DNA from: Podarcis gaigeae
Taxonomy: Eukaryota
Assembly (NCBI GenBank): GCA_964106915.2
Contig: OZ066921.1
DNA length: 64,000 nt
Strand: one strand, 5' to 3'
The first letter of the stretch is position 1. Each line of letters starts with the position of its first letter. The notes below the pieces were generated by a model. It had not been told where the DNA came from. It saw only the letters and a list, made by a program, of their open reading frames with translations, and searched no databases. The position numbers and the translations under genes are program-made. This document shows, one piece after another, positions 26,198 through 37,927 of the stretch.

Positions 26198-26200
<3 letters not shown>

Positions 26201-26324
26201 CTGACACATATACCAAGGCAGCAATTCTACAAGACATGGTGGGACTTACTGCGGAGTAAGCATGCAGAAGATCACACTAAGTTTCCTGGGTACAGTAAAT
26301 TAATACACTGCAGGCATATAGCAT

Positions 26325-26325
<1 letters not shown>

Positions 26326-26374
<49 letters not shown>
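26326..26374. repeat. (TAA)n microsatellite
   Basis: Read directly. Confidence 0.97.
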
Positions 26375-26375
<1 letters not shown>

Positions 26376-27279
26376 TCCATCCAAGAACACCAAGTGTAAA
26401 ACATAGTACTATACACATAGTTTAGTTTACTTTCTACTATTACAGACAAGGCAAACACATTCCAATCAAAGCAATTTCTTGTCTTGGCTTACTGCCACAT
26501 CTCTTTTGACCCTTATCAGGAGCCTGCAACCCTCCTGCTATAATAAGTACAAAGATTTGACTCCACAAAAACAACAAGTGAATTGCCAAGATCTTTTAGA
26601 AACTGCATTCAATTTGCCACAGCAAGGGTGAAATATAAATATGCAAAGGAAAAAACCACAAATACCAACTATTTTAGATTGTGATGTTCACAACTCTCAG
26701 ATAACTCAAGGAAACCTCTCCTTGGTGAAGATTCAGCTATGACAGAATAGGTGACGGTAGCGTAAAATGTTTTATCTTAGTTTAGTTTAGGAAGTCATCT
26801 TTAATGGGTAGATCAATTAGCTAAAGCATTAGATGATTAATTGGTAGGAGGTTATTTTAATTTGTTCATTATTTAAAGCAACTTTTTCTGATGTGTTACT
26901 ATAAAAACAGCAAGGATAAAAAATGAAAGTAAATAACAAGGCTCTTTATGAAGGGTTGGTAATATGTAAATTTAAGTCACTGAAAATAAGTCATCGGCTT
27001 CATAAACAATTTCCATCTCTTTACAGTCTGCAAATAGGATTTAAAGTTTCTCCTTCTAAATAGTTTGAGATAACAGATTCATATGCTTCCAATGCTGCTA
27101 AGTTATCTTTGATGACCAAGTTCACTTTATTTTGAGTGACCGCTCTGCAGTTTTGAAGCACAGTAGGTTGTATCCAATGTTTCTTCTACTCTTTGGTAAA
27201 ACCAATAACACTGGGACAGTAGTGCTAAATAGCACCAAGCATTAAGGTCTGGTGTAGAGTCTCTGTTCATGATCCCAAC

Positions 27280-27416
27280 CAGTGCTATTTTCCTAGAAAA
27301 AGAGGTGCCAAAACTCACCATGAACACCTCTCCTTTTCACTTGGAATGACAATGGTGCCCACCAGAGAGCTGCCGTAACTGAGTTCCTGTGAGTTCCCCC
27401 TGGAAAAAAAGCCCTG
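27280..27416. mobile_element. Short hAT-like MITE
   Basis: Termini cagtgctattttcc / ggaaaaaaagccctg; no TSD found. Confidence 0.55.
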
Positions 27417-27418
27417 GT

Positions 27419-27520
27419 GGGTTGTGGGTTCGAGCCCCATGCTGAACAAAAGATTCCTGTATTGCAGGAGGTTAGACTAGATGACCCTTAGGGTCCCTTC
27501 CAACTCTACATTCTATGATT
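27419..27520 (+). mobile_element. 5'-truncated tRNA-Lys-like/CR1-tail SINE
   Basis: B box ggttcgagccc plus CR1 tail, as at 10468. Confidence 0.75.
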
Positions 27521-30039
27521 TATGGAACCCTTCTCAATTGAGATAATAGAATTGTAGAGATACAACAATCTTTCACATCAGCTACTTTGAAACAGCAGGT
27601 AAAAACATACCCATTTGTCCAAGTCTTTGGAACTTGATGTTTGTGTTAGTTGTACTTGAAGTTTAGTGTTGTTTTTAGAATGGTTTTGTCTTGCATAATT
27701 TTCCTATATTCATGTTTATACTTTATTTTGTGTTGCAAGTTGCCCTGAGCTCTGCTCTGGAAGAAGGTGGATATTAAAACTCTGAAATAAATAAATACCT
27801 ATTTTGTCATAGTAAAGAACAAACCTATTCTTTAGTTTCTGAATAGGTATATAAAAATGTTAACATATTAGCTAGAGTTAGATAGTGTACACTAATCAAC
27901 TGCCAATTTCACTACTTTGAGCTGCAGTTCTATACTTACTTTCTTGGGAGTAAAGTAAGCTCGATTGAACATGATGGGACTTACTTTCGATGGGAAATGT
28001 ATATGATTGTATTATACTGTTAAAGAAATGTCTGTTGGGTCTGGGAAGAGGAGAGACAGGATTACTATTTACCACTGTCCTGTCCAAAACTAGTTTTTCA
28101 CAAGAAATCATTCTCATCTGAGCACTTTCAGAATGTTCAATCCTTTCTTTTCTATCCTTGACTAACTTTTTTGTTTATACATTGAACGAAAATTGAAAAC
28201 AAAATAAGCACTGGTTATAATCAAAGGCTTTAGATAATTTTCCTAATCTAAATTTTACACAGACTTTTGACATATTTTGACAACAAAAGTCAGTATTACT
28301 AACTAGGCCATATTTTCAGTAATTTTCTTCTATCCCCCTTAATCATATGCCTCTAGTTTATTACCAAAAAGCGGGAGAGCACAAACAAGAACTGCATCTG
28401 CTGTCCCTGGGCCCCAGCGTTCTTCCACAATCTAACAATTGCTGTGTTCACTGTCATCCACACAGAAATGAATCTTCAAGGCCAGCCCTGGCTAAAGGAG
28501 CAGTTGACACATCCAACACGCTACAAGCTCCAAATATTGACAAGGCCAAGGGAAGCCCAACTATAGTTCCTACTTCTCATACTAGAAAACAGGAGAAATC
28601 CCATCCTGCTGAGGAAGCCAATGAAAGCTTAATAAACACTTCATTCAAAGACTTGTCATGCTTCTTTTCCCTTCAATGCAAAAGTCAATCAATAACTCAC
28701 ACAGCTGCTGCATTTCTCTGAAAGCAGAGATTATTAGAACTTTTGTAATCCCACTCAGACAACCTCAGCAACTGCCCATACCCTTGCACATATTTTAAGA
28801 ACCACAGACCTGCCCTTTTGCGAAAACGGAACAAAAAAGTGTCAAATCACATGTTGAAAATCCATAATTTAAGCGAACATTTAACCCCATCATATAAATA
28901 TAACAGTAAGGCCTATAGGAATACAAGTGGGCCATTGGCTGCCCTGGCTCCATATTTTCATTACACTGATTTATTTTAGCCTTGAGGGCCCATTCAGATA
29001 TTAGTCTAACAGTGCAAGAAATGCTGTGAAGAAATATACTGAGTAAACCTGAAACATTGGTCTGAATACCCAACAAACCTATTTTGTCGCTCTAGATTTC
29101 ACAAGACCATTGGAGAGTCTGACCTATTTTCCTTGGGGGCATGAATGGAAATAACTCCTGCATTTTGTGCAGAAAATGAGAAACTGGGTTGAATCAACCC
29201 TCTGTTTCGGGAGTTTATAATGTTTGCTTTGAGGCAACTGCAATATTTTTACATATTTTTTTAAAAGTCATGATCTAGTTGTACAAGCTGAACTTTAACA
29301 TAATATCTTTTTCTCATACCATGTTAGAACAACCTGCTGGATTTCCATAAGTACACTGCTGTTTTCCTTTGAATTATCTCTTTGTGTCTCTTGTGTGATA
29401 GGTGTAAAGGAGGGAGGGCAGAGTGGCAAGCTAGTTGACCCTGGCCATTATTTTGAGGGCAAAATATTTTACAGGGTTGCTAGCCTTACTTCAATGTTTG
29501 CTTCCTGTTTTCTCCCTGTTGGAGCTCCTTCAGAAGATGAACCAAGGGGATTACCAGGATCAAGGTGAAGTGAGGGAAAAAGAAAAAATCTACCATTTCT
29601 CTCTCTTTCCTCCTAGGAGGCCAACATACACGACTTCCCCACTTAACTCCTGCATTTTCAGGCCAACTCTCTGTGGCATTCTACACTGGGCCCAATACCA
29701 TAGCTGGCTGCGACAGACTCATGATCATTTGTTTTTCACAATTTGTTCATCTACAGAAGTAGGAACAAGGAGAGGCGGCATCAACCTACATTCAGCCATG
29801 GAACTCTTCAAGCATCTTTGGGGCAGTTGAAATGTTAAAATGGAGAGGGGAGGGCCACGTAGGGTGCCTTGAGCTCCTTGAAAGAAAGGTAGGATAGAAA
29901 CATAACAAGCTAATAAACAGACCTATTGATGGCAGGAAGGAACGGAAGCAGATGGGAAATTCAGAAGAATAAAAGTGAGAACGAGGCCCTATTTAGAAAC
30001 TCTCTCTCGGTTCAACGAAACATGAGGGTTTTGGACCTT

Positions 30040-31260
30040 ACTTGTGAACCGCCACCGCCGCCAAAAAGAAGGATGCTAATCTGGCAATTGATAGACAGCG
30101 AATGAAAGTAGGGGGCACTGCCTCTGAGCACGTGTAGAGCGCAGCCCCGCCCCCACCCGAAAAGTGACCTTATTAACGGCGACTGCGCCCCTTCCTCACC
30201 TTGGTCGAGCGGGGGGGGGGGCAGCAGCCCCTCCCCGTCCCTCCCGAGCGACCTCCTTCTCGCACACGCCCCACAGGGTCGGGACAAATTCCTGAGAAAC
30301 AACGGTGATCGAGCGAGCGAGGAGGCCGCTCCGGAGTCCAGAGTCGTCGATGCAACGCGGCGGCGCTCTTTTCCTCCCACCGCCCCCCCTGAGGCCCACC
30401 AGAGACTCACCCTTGGAGTAGAGGGACTTAGGGGACTCGAGGTCGAGGTCGGCGCTGAGGAGAGAGATGAAGTCCGAGGGCATCGCAGCTCCGCGGCCCG
30501 GCCGGGGGGAGGTGGCGGCGGTGGGGGGCGGGACGGGGGGGCACGGACGGATGGTCGCCGCAGCGGTTGCTGACCACAGGCAAGGGGAGCGGAGGGGGCT
30601 GTGCTGCGGCGGCGAGAGGCGGGACCAGGGACAGAGGAGGCGCGGGCCGGGCTCTTATTCAGCCACCGCCGCTCCTGACAGGAATTCGGTGCCTGTCGCC
30701 CAGCAGGACCGCCCCCTCTCCGTTGACATTGCGCATGCGTCGCCCGGCTCTCGAGCCACGGCGACGGTGAAAAAGAGAGAGGAAAACACAAAAACCAACG
30801 GGAAAAGGAGGCGCATGCGCAAGGCCTCAGACCGCGGGGGGGGGGGGGAGACGGCGGGGCAGCGGCAACAGGCGACGCAAAATGGACGTTGTGCGCGTTT
30901 GCGCCGTGCTCGGCAAACAAGTACCCTCAAGCCTTCGACGCATGCGAGCCTCTCGCGTATACGAACCAGAGGCGGCTTTAATGCGCATGTGCCAGTTCTT
31001 GTATGGACAGGGGCCTCGCGCAGTCAATTCGAGGGTGGTTTCTGCGCCTGCGCTACAGGGGATATTCGCGAGAGAGAGGCCTCTTTGTCAGAGTGGAGGG
31101 AGGTGGCTGTACAGCTTCCTTTTCAGATTGGGGGGGAGGGCAAAGAAGAGTCAAGGCAATCTCTTAGGAAGAGTGAAGAGCTGTAGGCTGTGCCGTCGTC
31201 GCCGGCTTTTTTTTGTAATTGCTACTTTTGTTTTAACTGACGTGCTTGATCACTGGTGCG
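30040..31260. promoter_or_regulatory. NFAT5 CpG-island promoter and 5'UTR
   Basis: High GC and CpG density around exon 1. NRF1-type GCGCATGCG(C/T) at 30731-30740 and 30811-30820. Minus-strand ATTCCTGTCAG..GCGGCGGTGGC near 30685 resembles the recalled 5' end of mammalian NFAT5 mRNA. Confidence 0.88.
30411..30483 (-). CDS. NFAT5: NFAT5 canonical first coding exon (73 nt), MPSDFISLLSADLDLESPKSLYSK, containing the leucine-rich NES
   Basis: Exact NFAT5 N-terminus. Start context gagctgcgATG; donor AAGG|gtgagt (phase 1); lies in a CpG island. Confidence 0.97.
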
Positions 31261-34200
31261 TTGTATTTATTTCGCATCTACTGACCAAAAGATGGGGACA
31301 GAAATATTTAAGGAGAGGAAGAATTAAGAGGTCCACTTCTGCGTCAGTTTTCAGAAGGGTATTGCCCTTTTCTAGGCTGCAGGGGAAAAACAGCTACGCC
31401 ACCGCCAAACACCGAATGTCCTGTGTTCCCTTTGAGCACCCTTGCCTTGAGTGGTTCTATATCACATTTATTATGGCAGAAGCTTTTGCAGCCTGTGCTG
31501 TCTGACCATTTGTGCTCCACTAGTCCATCTATCTTTAAGGCGCCACAAGGCTGTTTTCGGTGAAGGAAGGTTGCTCCGTGGCAGGCAGCACCACCTTTGC
31601 ATACACAAGGACAGAGGCTGAAGTCCCAGTTAAAAAAATCATAATTAAGTAGCAAATTACTGGGAACGTCCACTCCCGTTGGAAACCACGGAGATCTGTT
31701 GCTTCACTGGGCTTAAATGGCCTTATAGTGCAATGTGTTCATATAGTGGCTTCTGCCTGCCCCTGCCTTCTGAATCTCAGGTCCTTATAATTTATTTTAA
31801 AAACCAAAAAAACCCCTGGGGCTTCAGCCTCTGCCATTGTGTATGCAAAGGTGTACCCTAAAAGGAAACATGGAGACTATAAAATGATAGGAGGTGAAGT
31901 GCAAGCACTAGAGGGAAAAGGTGCAGAGGCCCCACTCTCAATAGGCAAGTTCTTGAGAATCAGAATGTACAATTATGAGTTTTCTGTTCCCTCTTGTACC
32001 ACGGAAGCCATAGGATAATTAAGGGGGGCTCTCCCAATTAGTTCACAGTGGGGAAAGCCAGGTGTATCTCCTCAGTATGTTGCCTACGTAAAGGAGTAAT
32101 AGTAACATATTGATTACATAATAGCTTACCCTGCCCTTGAGTGGACTACAGTCAAAGATCAGAATACAGTACTGTACAATAAAACACATGGACCTATAAC
32201 CTAAAATAACTTAGAGAAGGCAGCAAAAGCAATAAAACAAAAGCATAAAATCATCAGCAGACATAAAATAGACTAACATTAAAAGGTCATGGAAAACAAA
32301 AAGGTATTTGGTGCTAAACTGACATCCAGATGACTCACAGGTGAGCCTCTCTGGAGAGACCTTCAGCAACTAAGGCTCCACCACTGAGAAGGCCCTTTCC
32401 TCAAGAGCCACCCATCACACCGCTGCAGAGAGAACCTGGAGAATGGCCTTCACTAAAGATCTTTATGTATAGAGAGGCCCAACTGGAGACAGGTGATACT
32501 TTGAAAAATGCAGGCAAGCCATCAAGAAGGTGGAAGTTGTCATACTGGGTTTGAGTAATACTTCATGCAGGTAAACAACATGACAGTTGTTGACTCCATA
32601 TTCCACCATCACCAGTGATTGTTTTATGTTTTTGACCCTGTTCTACATGTCTGAATCTTCTGAATTTCTGTTTTATTTTCTCTTTATATGCTTTCTGTAT
32701 TTTTATATTTCAGATTAACTGGTTTCAGGTTGTGGTTTTGTTTTAAAATATTGCTTGTTTTAGACAGCAAACTGCTCAAAGATTTTTGAAATGATAAGCA
32801 GTATGTAAATTCTTTTAAAAGAAATAAGAATAGTGCAAACACTGAAAAACAACTGTATACTATTGTTTACTTTGGTATGCAAGTATTATTAAATCAGGTC
32901 CAAACCATCCTATTGTGTGTGGCCAAGAATAGGGATATAGACAGGTTTCCTATCATGAGCACCACCACTTGTCAGGTGAAGGAAGTGGCTTTTGGAGAAA
33001 GTGAGGGGGATGTGCATTCCAACTTCCCCCAGGCCGTCAGCTATGCCAGCCCTCGTCTGTGTCTGTTTAAACCGCAGACAGGAGATGACTACAAACCACA
33101 TACTCTGTATGGTTGAGTCACATGTGCACACACATACTTTCTGTGTGTGACAAGAGGCACCTCCTTTGCCTAATTTCCTGCACTTCTAGTTCAGTTCCAG
33201 AGTACAGAAAAAGTTCGTGTGGGTATGCAAACCATCTAAAATGTGAATGTGTTAAGTCTCCTAGCTGTCTTGATTCTTGCCATTCTGGAATCTACTTTTT
33301 CCTCACCAAATCCTTGGCCTCAATTACACCCAACACAGCCATGAATCTACTGCATTCCAGTAAAGTACCACAGGGAAAATATTTCTTCTTATCAGTTGTG
33401 AATTTTGCCATTATTCATTTTCTGCAAATGTTCCCATGATTGTAGGAGATAATCAGTTTTCTTCATGCCATTATTCTCTCCACCCCACTTGTTCTTTCTA
33501 AAAGAAACAAATCCAATCTTTCCAATCTGCCTTCATTCAGAAGGCTTTTCATTTTTGTTGCCCTTTTTCTCAGCCTCCTCCGCACTTTGGGAGGCTGCAT
33601 TTTTCCCCAGCTTTCCTCTTCATCCTCGATCACTTGTTCTTAAGCTTAGACATACACACAAAAACTGTGTCTGTAACTGAGAGAAAGAAACAAATGCTAC
33701 AGCACGCACAATAAAACAACTTGATGCCATTCTAACACTGCTGACATTACTTTCTCCTGAAAGCTGTTTAGAGAGTCCATTTTTAATGCCATTTTAATCT
33801 TTGTTGTGGAATATTTTACATTGTCTTAGATTAGTGACATTCCCATGTTCCCATGAGGGATGCCAGTCTTGTATGTTTCTAACCCTGTTCCAAACACCCA
33901 TTTCAACATGCTGATGAGGATCCGGACTGGACTGTTAGACATCACTTTTTATCATTAAAAACCCCAAGATATTCTAAACTGTTAAGTAGGTAAGGGAAAT
34001 GTGCCATACTCACTGGGGCTGAATGTTCAGCAACATCTGGAGGGCCAAAGGTGTAAACACCACACCTGGTGTAAACAGTACTAAACTAGACGGACCAATG
34101 ACCTGATTCAGAATAGGAAAAGTTTCCTTTGTTCCATTTTAATTGCTTTTCAAAAACATTACAATCCTATTTGTATAATTATTAGCAAGTACATATAAGA

Positions 34201-34948
34201 TAAAACCAAGAGCAACTTGAATGTTTGCCTTATGATGGAAATAGTGCATGTATGTTATACAAAAGGCAGGAAATTAATTGGGATGAGCCAATTAACAATT
34301 TAAGCCAGTCGTTATTTTAATCAAATTGTGGGGGGAGAAAATAAGCAGGTGTTTCCTTAATATACCACTAGCTGGAGCGAGGCAGTTGATTATTTTCCAA
34401 TAGTAATTGGAAAATAATGTGCATCTGTCAAGTGCTCTGGTGACCCCAGGCCATGCTGGCACTTCCTGACTTGTTGCTAAGCTTGGCAGGGCCTTTGTTG
34501 TGTTGCCGCCTTTTCCCCTCGTGGCATCCTTAGAGGAAGGACAGTGGTGGACCTGTGAGACAAAGCTAACAATGCCTTTGTGCAGAACCCAAAGAGCTGC
34601 TGCTATAGTTCTGTGTACAGTGATTTTTTCTTTTTTATAAAAACCCTACATCTATAGAGATCACCTACTACAGTACTGTGTGTTCTCTATTGCTAGAACT
34701 TGACGCGAAGAATGGGGTGTCAGTTCTTTTGTGATGAGCGGTCAAGAGCCTTCCAGGAATAGAGATGCGTTTATGCAAAATGCTGCTTCCATTTTACGAT
34801 CCTTAGCAGTCTTTTAACCCTCACTGAGGGAGGAATTAAAGCAGGTGTGGGGACCCTCAGACCAAGGGAATCCAAATTCAGCCTACCAGAACTATTCCCA
34901 TTTGTCATTATTATTATTATATTGCCTTTCATATCTGTAAATGGTGTA

Positions 34949-35009
<61 letters not shown>
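34949..35009. repeat. Compound (TG)n(TA)n microsatellite
   Basis: Read directly. Confidence 0.95.
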
Positions 35010-35013
<4 letters not shown>

Positions 35014-36947
35014 CATATATCTTGCTAATATACAGAATAAAACAAATATTAAAAAAAAATACAAAATGGACACTTGTGGCAGAGATGTATTCATCCAGGT
35101 GGGAAGGCTTGTCAGAATAAAAATATCACCAGTTTCTGGAAAAGTGCAGATAGTGAGCACCTGTTGCCTCTCAACAAAAATGCTGTTCCACAGAACAGTG
35201 GCACCCGCACTGAAAGCCCTGCTAGTGTTCTAACTTTGAGGTGCAACATGTGGAAGTGCCTTTACCGTGGGTGTGTCACACTAGCAAGGAAATAATTTAT
35301 GTAATTAAATTTTGAATTGGTCAAGTACAAAAACTGATGCTAGTGCTATACCTTTCAAGTGCCCAGAAGCGCTTCTCTCTCACTCTCTCCCCCTCCTTCT
35401 GTCTTGCCACCCACCTATGCTCCCCCCCCCCAGTTCCTATTTCCCTTCCCTATTTTCCTAGAACAGCTTGGACCAGCTTTCCCAAAACTTGTGCCCTCCC
35501 AATGCTTTGGACTACTAAGTCCCAGCCAGTATGGGAGTTGTTGTCCAAAACATGTGGAGGGTATCAGATTTAGAAAGACTGCTGTCATAATTGTATTCCT
35601 TAAGGTCCCCAGGATCCTTTGAGCTGCAGGTTGTCTCTTTTTGTTAGGGACCACCTGGTGGGACTTTCACCAGTTGAGCTTAGGCACCCATATCATCAGG
35701 ACCTGTGTGCTATCCTGCTTTTCTTAGCATAGCCTTTCCTACCTACAGCTCCTAAGATTTTCTCAAAGGTAGTGGTTTCCACACCTGCACTTCGTCTTCT
35801 CCTTTTTGCTCTCCTGGCTTGCCACTGGGCTTACTAACCTTTATCCCTGCTTATAACCCAACTACGGTAATTCTTCCCTAGTTTCACTTTCCTTGCTCTG
35901 TAGCCTGTCTGTGGCTTATAAAACCCTCAAATAGCTGCATTTTCTTGCTCTCTCTTATTCTATATCCCTGGGACTTTTCTCTGATGTTCCAGTGCATCTA
36001 GGTAATGCTCCAGAGCTGCCACCATCCCATCACCTCTGCCCCCCCCCCTGTATATTTATTTCAGCTGGCCTCAGTCCATTATACAGTAGCTGTGGAAATG
36101 CATACCATTTTCCTAACCAAGGGCAATATTCTCCTTACAACAGCGTTATCAGCTGCCTTTAAACAGTGTTTTATTGAAGCAGGCCTTTAAAAGTTTTGTA
36201 ATACCATAAAGACGGGTCCCCACCACCACCACCACCAGCAACAACAGTCTTTTAAAGATCTCATTTACTGCTTTTTACACCCCCAGTTGTGGTTTCCTGG
36301 TTCCTGGTTCTGACATGGAAAGCATACAGTAAAATCCTTAAGTGGCAACAGAAGCACTAGTCAATATAAAAGCAGGCAGTAAATGAGCCACACTGGGGCC
36401 TTTGGCCTCCTCTCTTCCCCACTGACTGGAATTGCTTGCACAAGGCTAGTGCAATATGCCCCTTGCACAAAGAAAGTCCTCCCACAAGCCAGGGAAGGTT
36501 TCCTCAGCGGACAGCCTTACTTGGAGGAACGCCTCTTTCCCATACAAACCTGCCCACTCACTAGGATTGTTGGATAAGACCCTCCTGGTCATGCGGTGAT
36601 TTGCAGAGGTGGTCAGAAGGAGGAACTTCTGTGGGGTAGCCCCCTTCCTGTAGAACCATATCCCATAGCTGTCACCTTTTCCCTTTTCTTGCGAGGAATC
36701 CTATTCGGAATAAGGGAATTTCCCTTAAAAACCGGAAAATGTTGACAGCTATGCCATATCCCCTCTGAATAGAGGCCAGCCTCTACATCAGAAGTGAGGA
36801 AGCTCAGGCCTTGAGGCCAAATGCAACCCTCCATCTGGCCCTTTGGACAGCACCCAAGCCACGGCCCCTTCCAGCTGTGTTCAGCTGGAAGGTGTCCTTG
36901 AACTGTGTTAATGCCTCTTGCATACCTGGGTGGAGGATGCCTTAAAC

Positions 36948-37420
36948 CAGTGCTTTTCAACCAGTGTGCCATGGCACCCTTGAATAATGGTCAGGGGTGC
37001 TATGGGCCTCTGTCCCTCTTTCCTTCCCTCTATCCTCTGGTGCCTTCTTGGGTCTCTGCCTCCCAAAGGCTTGTGTGGCTGTTTGTTGCAGCAGCCCTGG
37101 CTACAAGCTCCCCAGGTGAATGGTGCCTCTGGGGCTGGTCAGGGGGTGCTTCCCAGGCCTCTGTGGGGCACTGTGAGGAGGCACCTCTCTTTTAGCTCTG
37201 GGACCAGGGTCAGCAGCAGTGGCTCCCCAGAGGACTCCCAAGGAGCGAAGAGAGGAGGCTGAGGGAACACTCCACAAGGGAGGGTGTTTGAAAAAGGGTG
37301 AGGTGCTGTCAGCTCGGCAGGCAAGGGGTGACATAACTGGGCTCCTGAGCCCCACAGGTTGCCACAGAAAGAATGTAGTTGGTCAAGGGAGCCGTGGACC
37401 CAAAAAGGTTGAAACCTGTG
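36948..37420. mobile_element. Non-autonomous hAT MITE
   Basis: TIRs cagtgcttttcaacc / ggttgaaacctgtg; 8-bp TSD CCTTAAAC / CCTTAAAA (7/8). Confidence 0.78.
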
Positions 37421-37526
37421 CCTTAAAACCATAAGCTCATTGGGACAGGTACTGTCCATTTAACTCTGTGCTGGGTCATGTGAACTACCAACCCTGTATT
37501 AAAATAACTTTTATTTTTATTAAATA

Positions 37527-37669
37527 ATCATAGAATTGTAGAGTGTGATGGGACCCTAAGGATCATCTAGTCCAACCCCCTGCAATGCAGGAATATGCAG
37601 CTGTCCCGTACAGGGATCAAACCTGCAACCTTGGCATTATCAGCACCATGCTCTAACAAACTGAGCTAT
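37527..37669 (-). mobile_element. tRNA-Ile-like SINE with CR1-type 3' tail
   Basis: Minus head agctcagtttgttagagcatggtgctgataatgccaaggttgcaggtttgatccc joined to the same CR1 tail. Confidence 0.75.
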
Positions 37670-37682
37670 GTGATATTATTTA

Positions 37683-37927
37683 CAGTGGTACCTCTGGATG
37701 CAAACGGGATCTGTTCTGGAGCCCCGTTCACATCCTGAAGCGAACGTAAGACACGACTGCGCGGTCGCGTCTCGCCACTTCTGTGCATGCGCATAACATC
37801 ATTTTGAGCATCTACGCATGTGCGAGCGACGAAACCCAGAAGTAATGCGCTCTGTTACTTCTGGGTTGCCGCGGAGTGCAACCCAAAAATATTTAAGCTG
37901 AAATGTATTCATCCCGAGGTATGACTG
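37683..37927. mobile_element. Tc1/mariner (Tigger-like) MITE
   Basis: TA|cagtggtacctctggatg ... catcccgaggtatgactg|TA. Confidence 0.82.

Noticed and set aside
30655-30729. uORF MSTERGRSCW... upstream of the NFAT5 ATG
   Set aside because: Its ATG appears to lie upstream of the probable TSS (~30685, by recalled homology).
30012-31505. Long overlapping ORFs (302, 239, 207 aa) over the NFAT5 promoter
   Set aside because: Low-complexity Pro/Arg/Gly/Ala translations in all frames, expected from stop-poor GC islands. Only 30483-30411 is coding.
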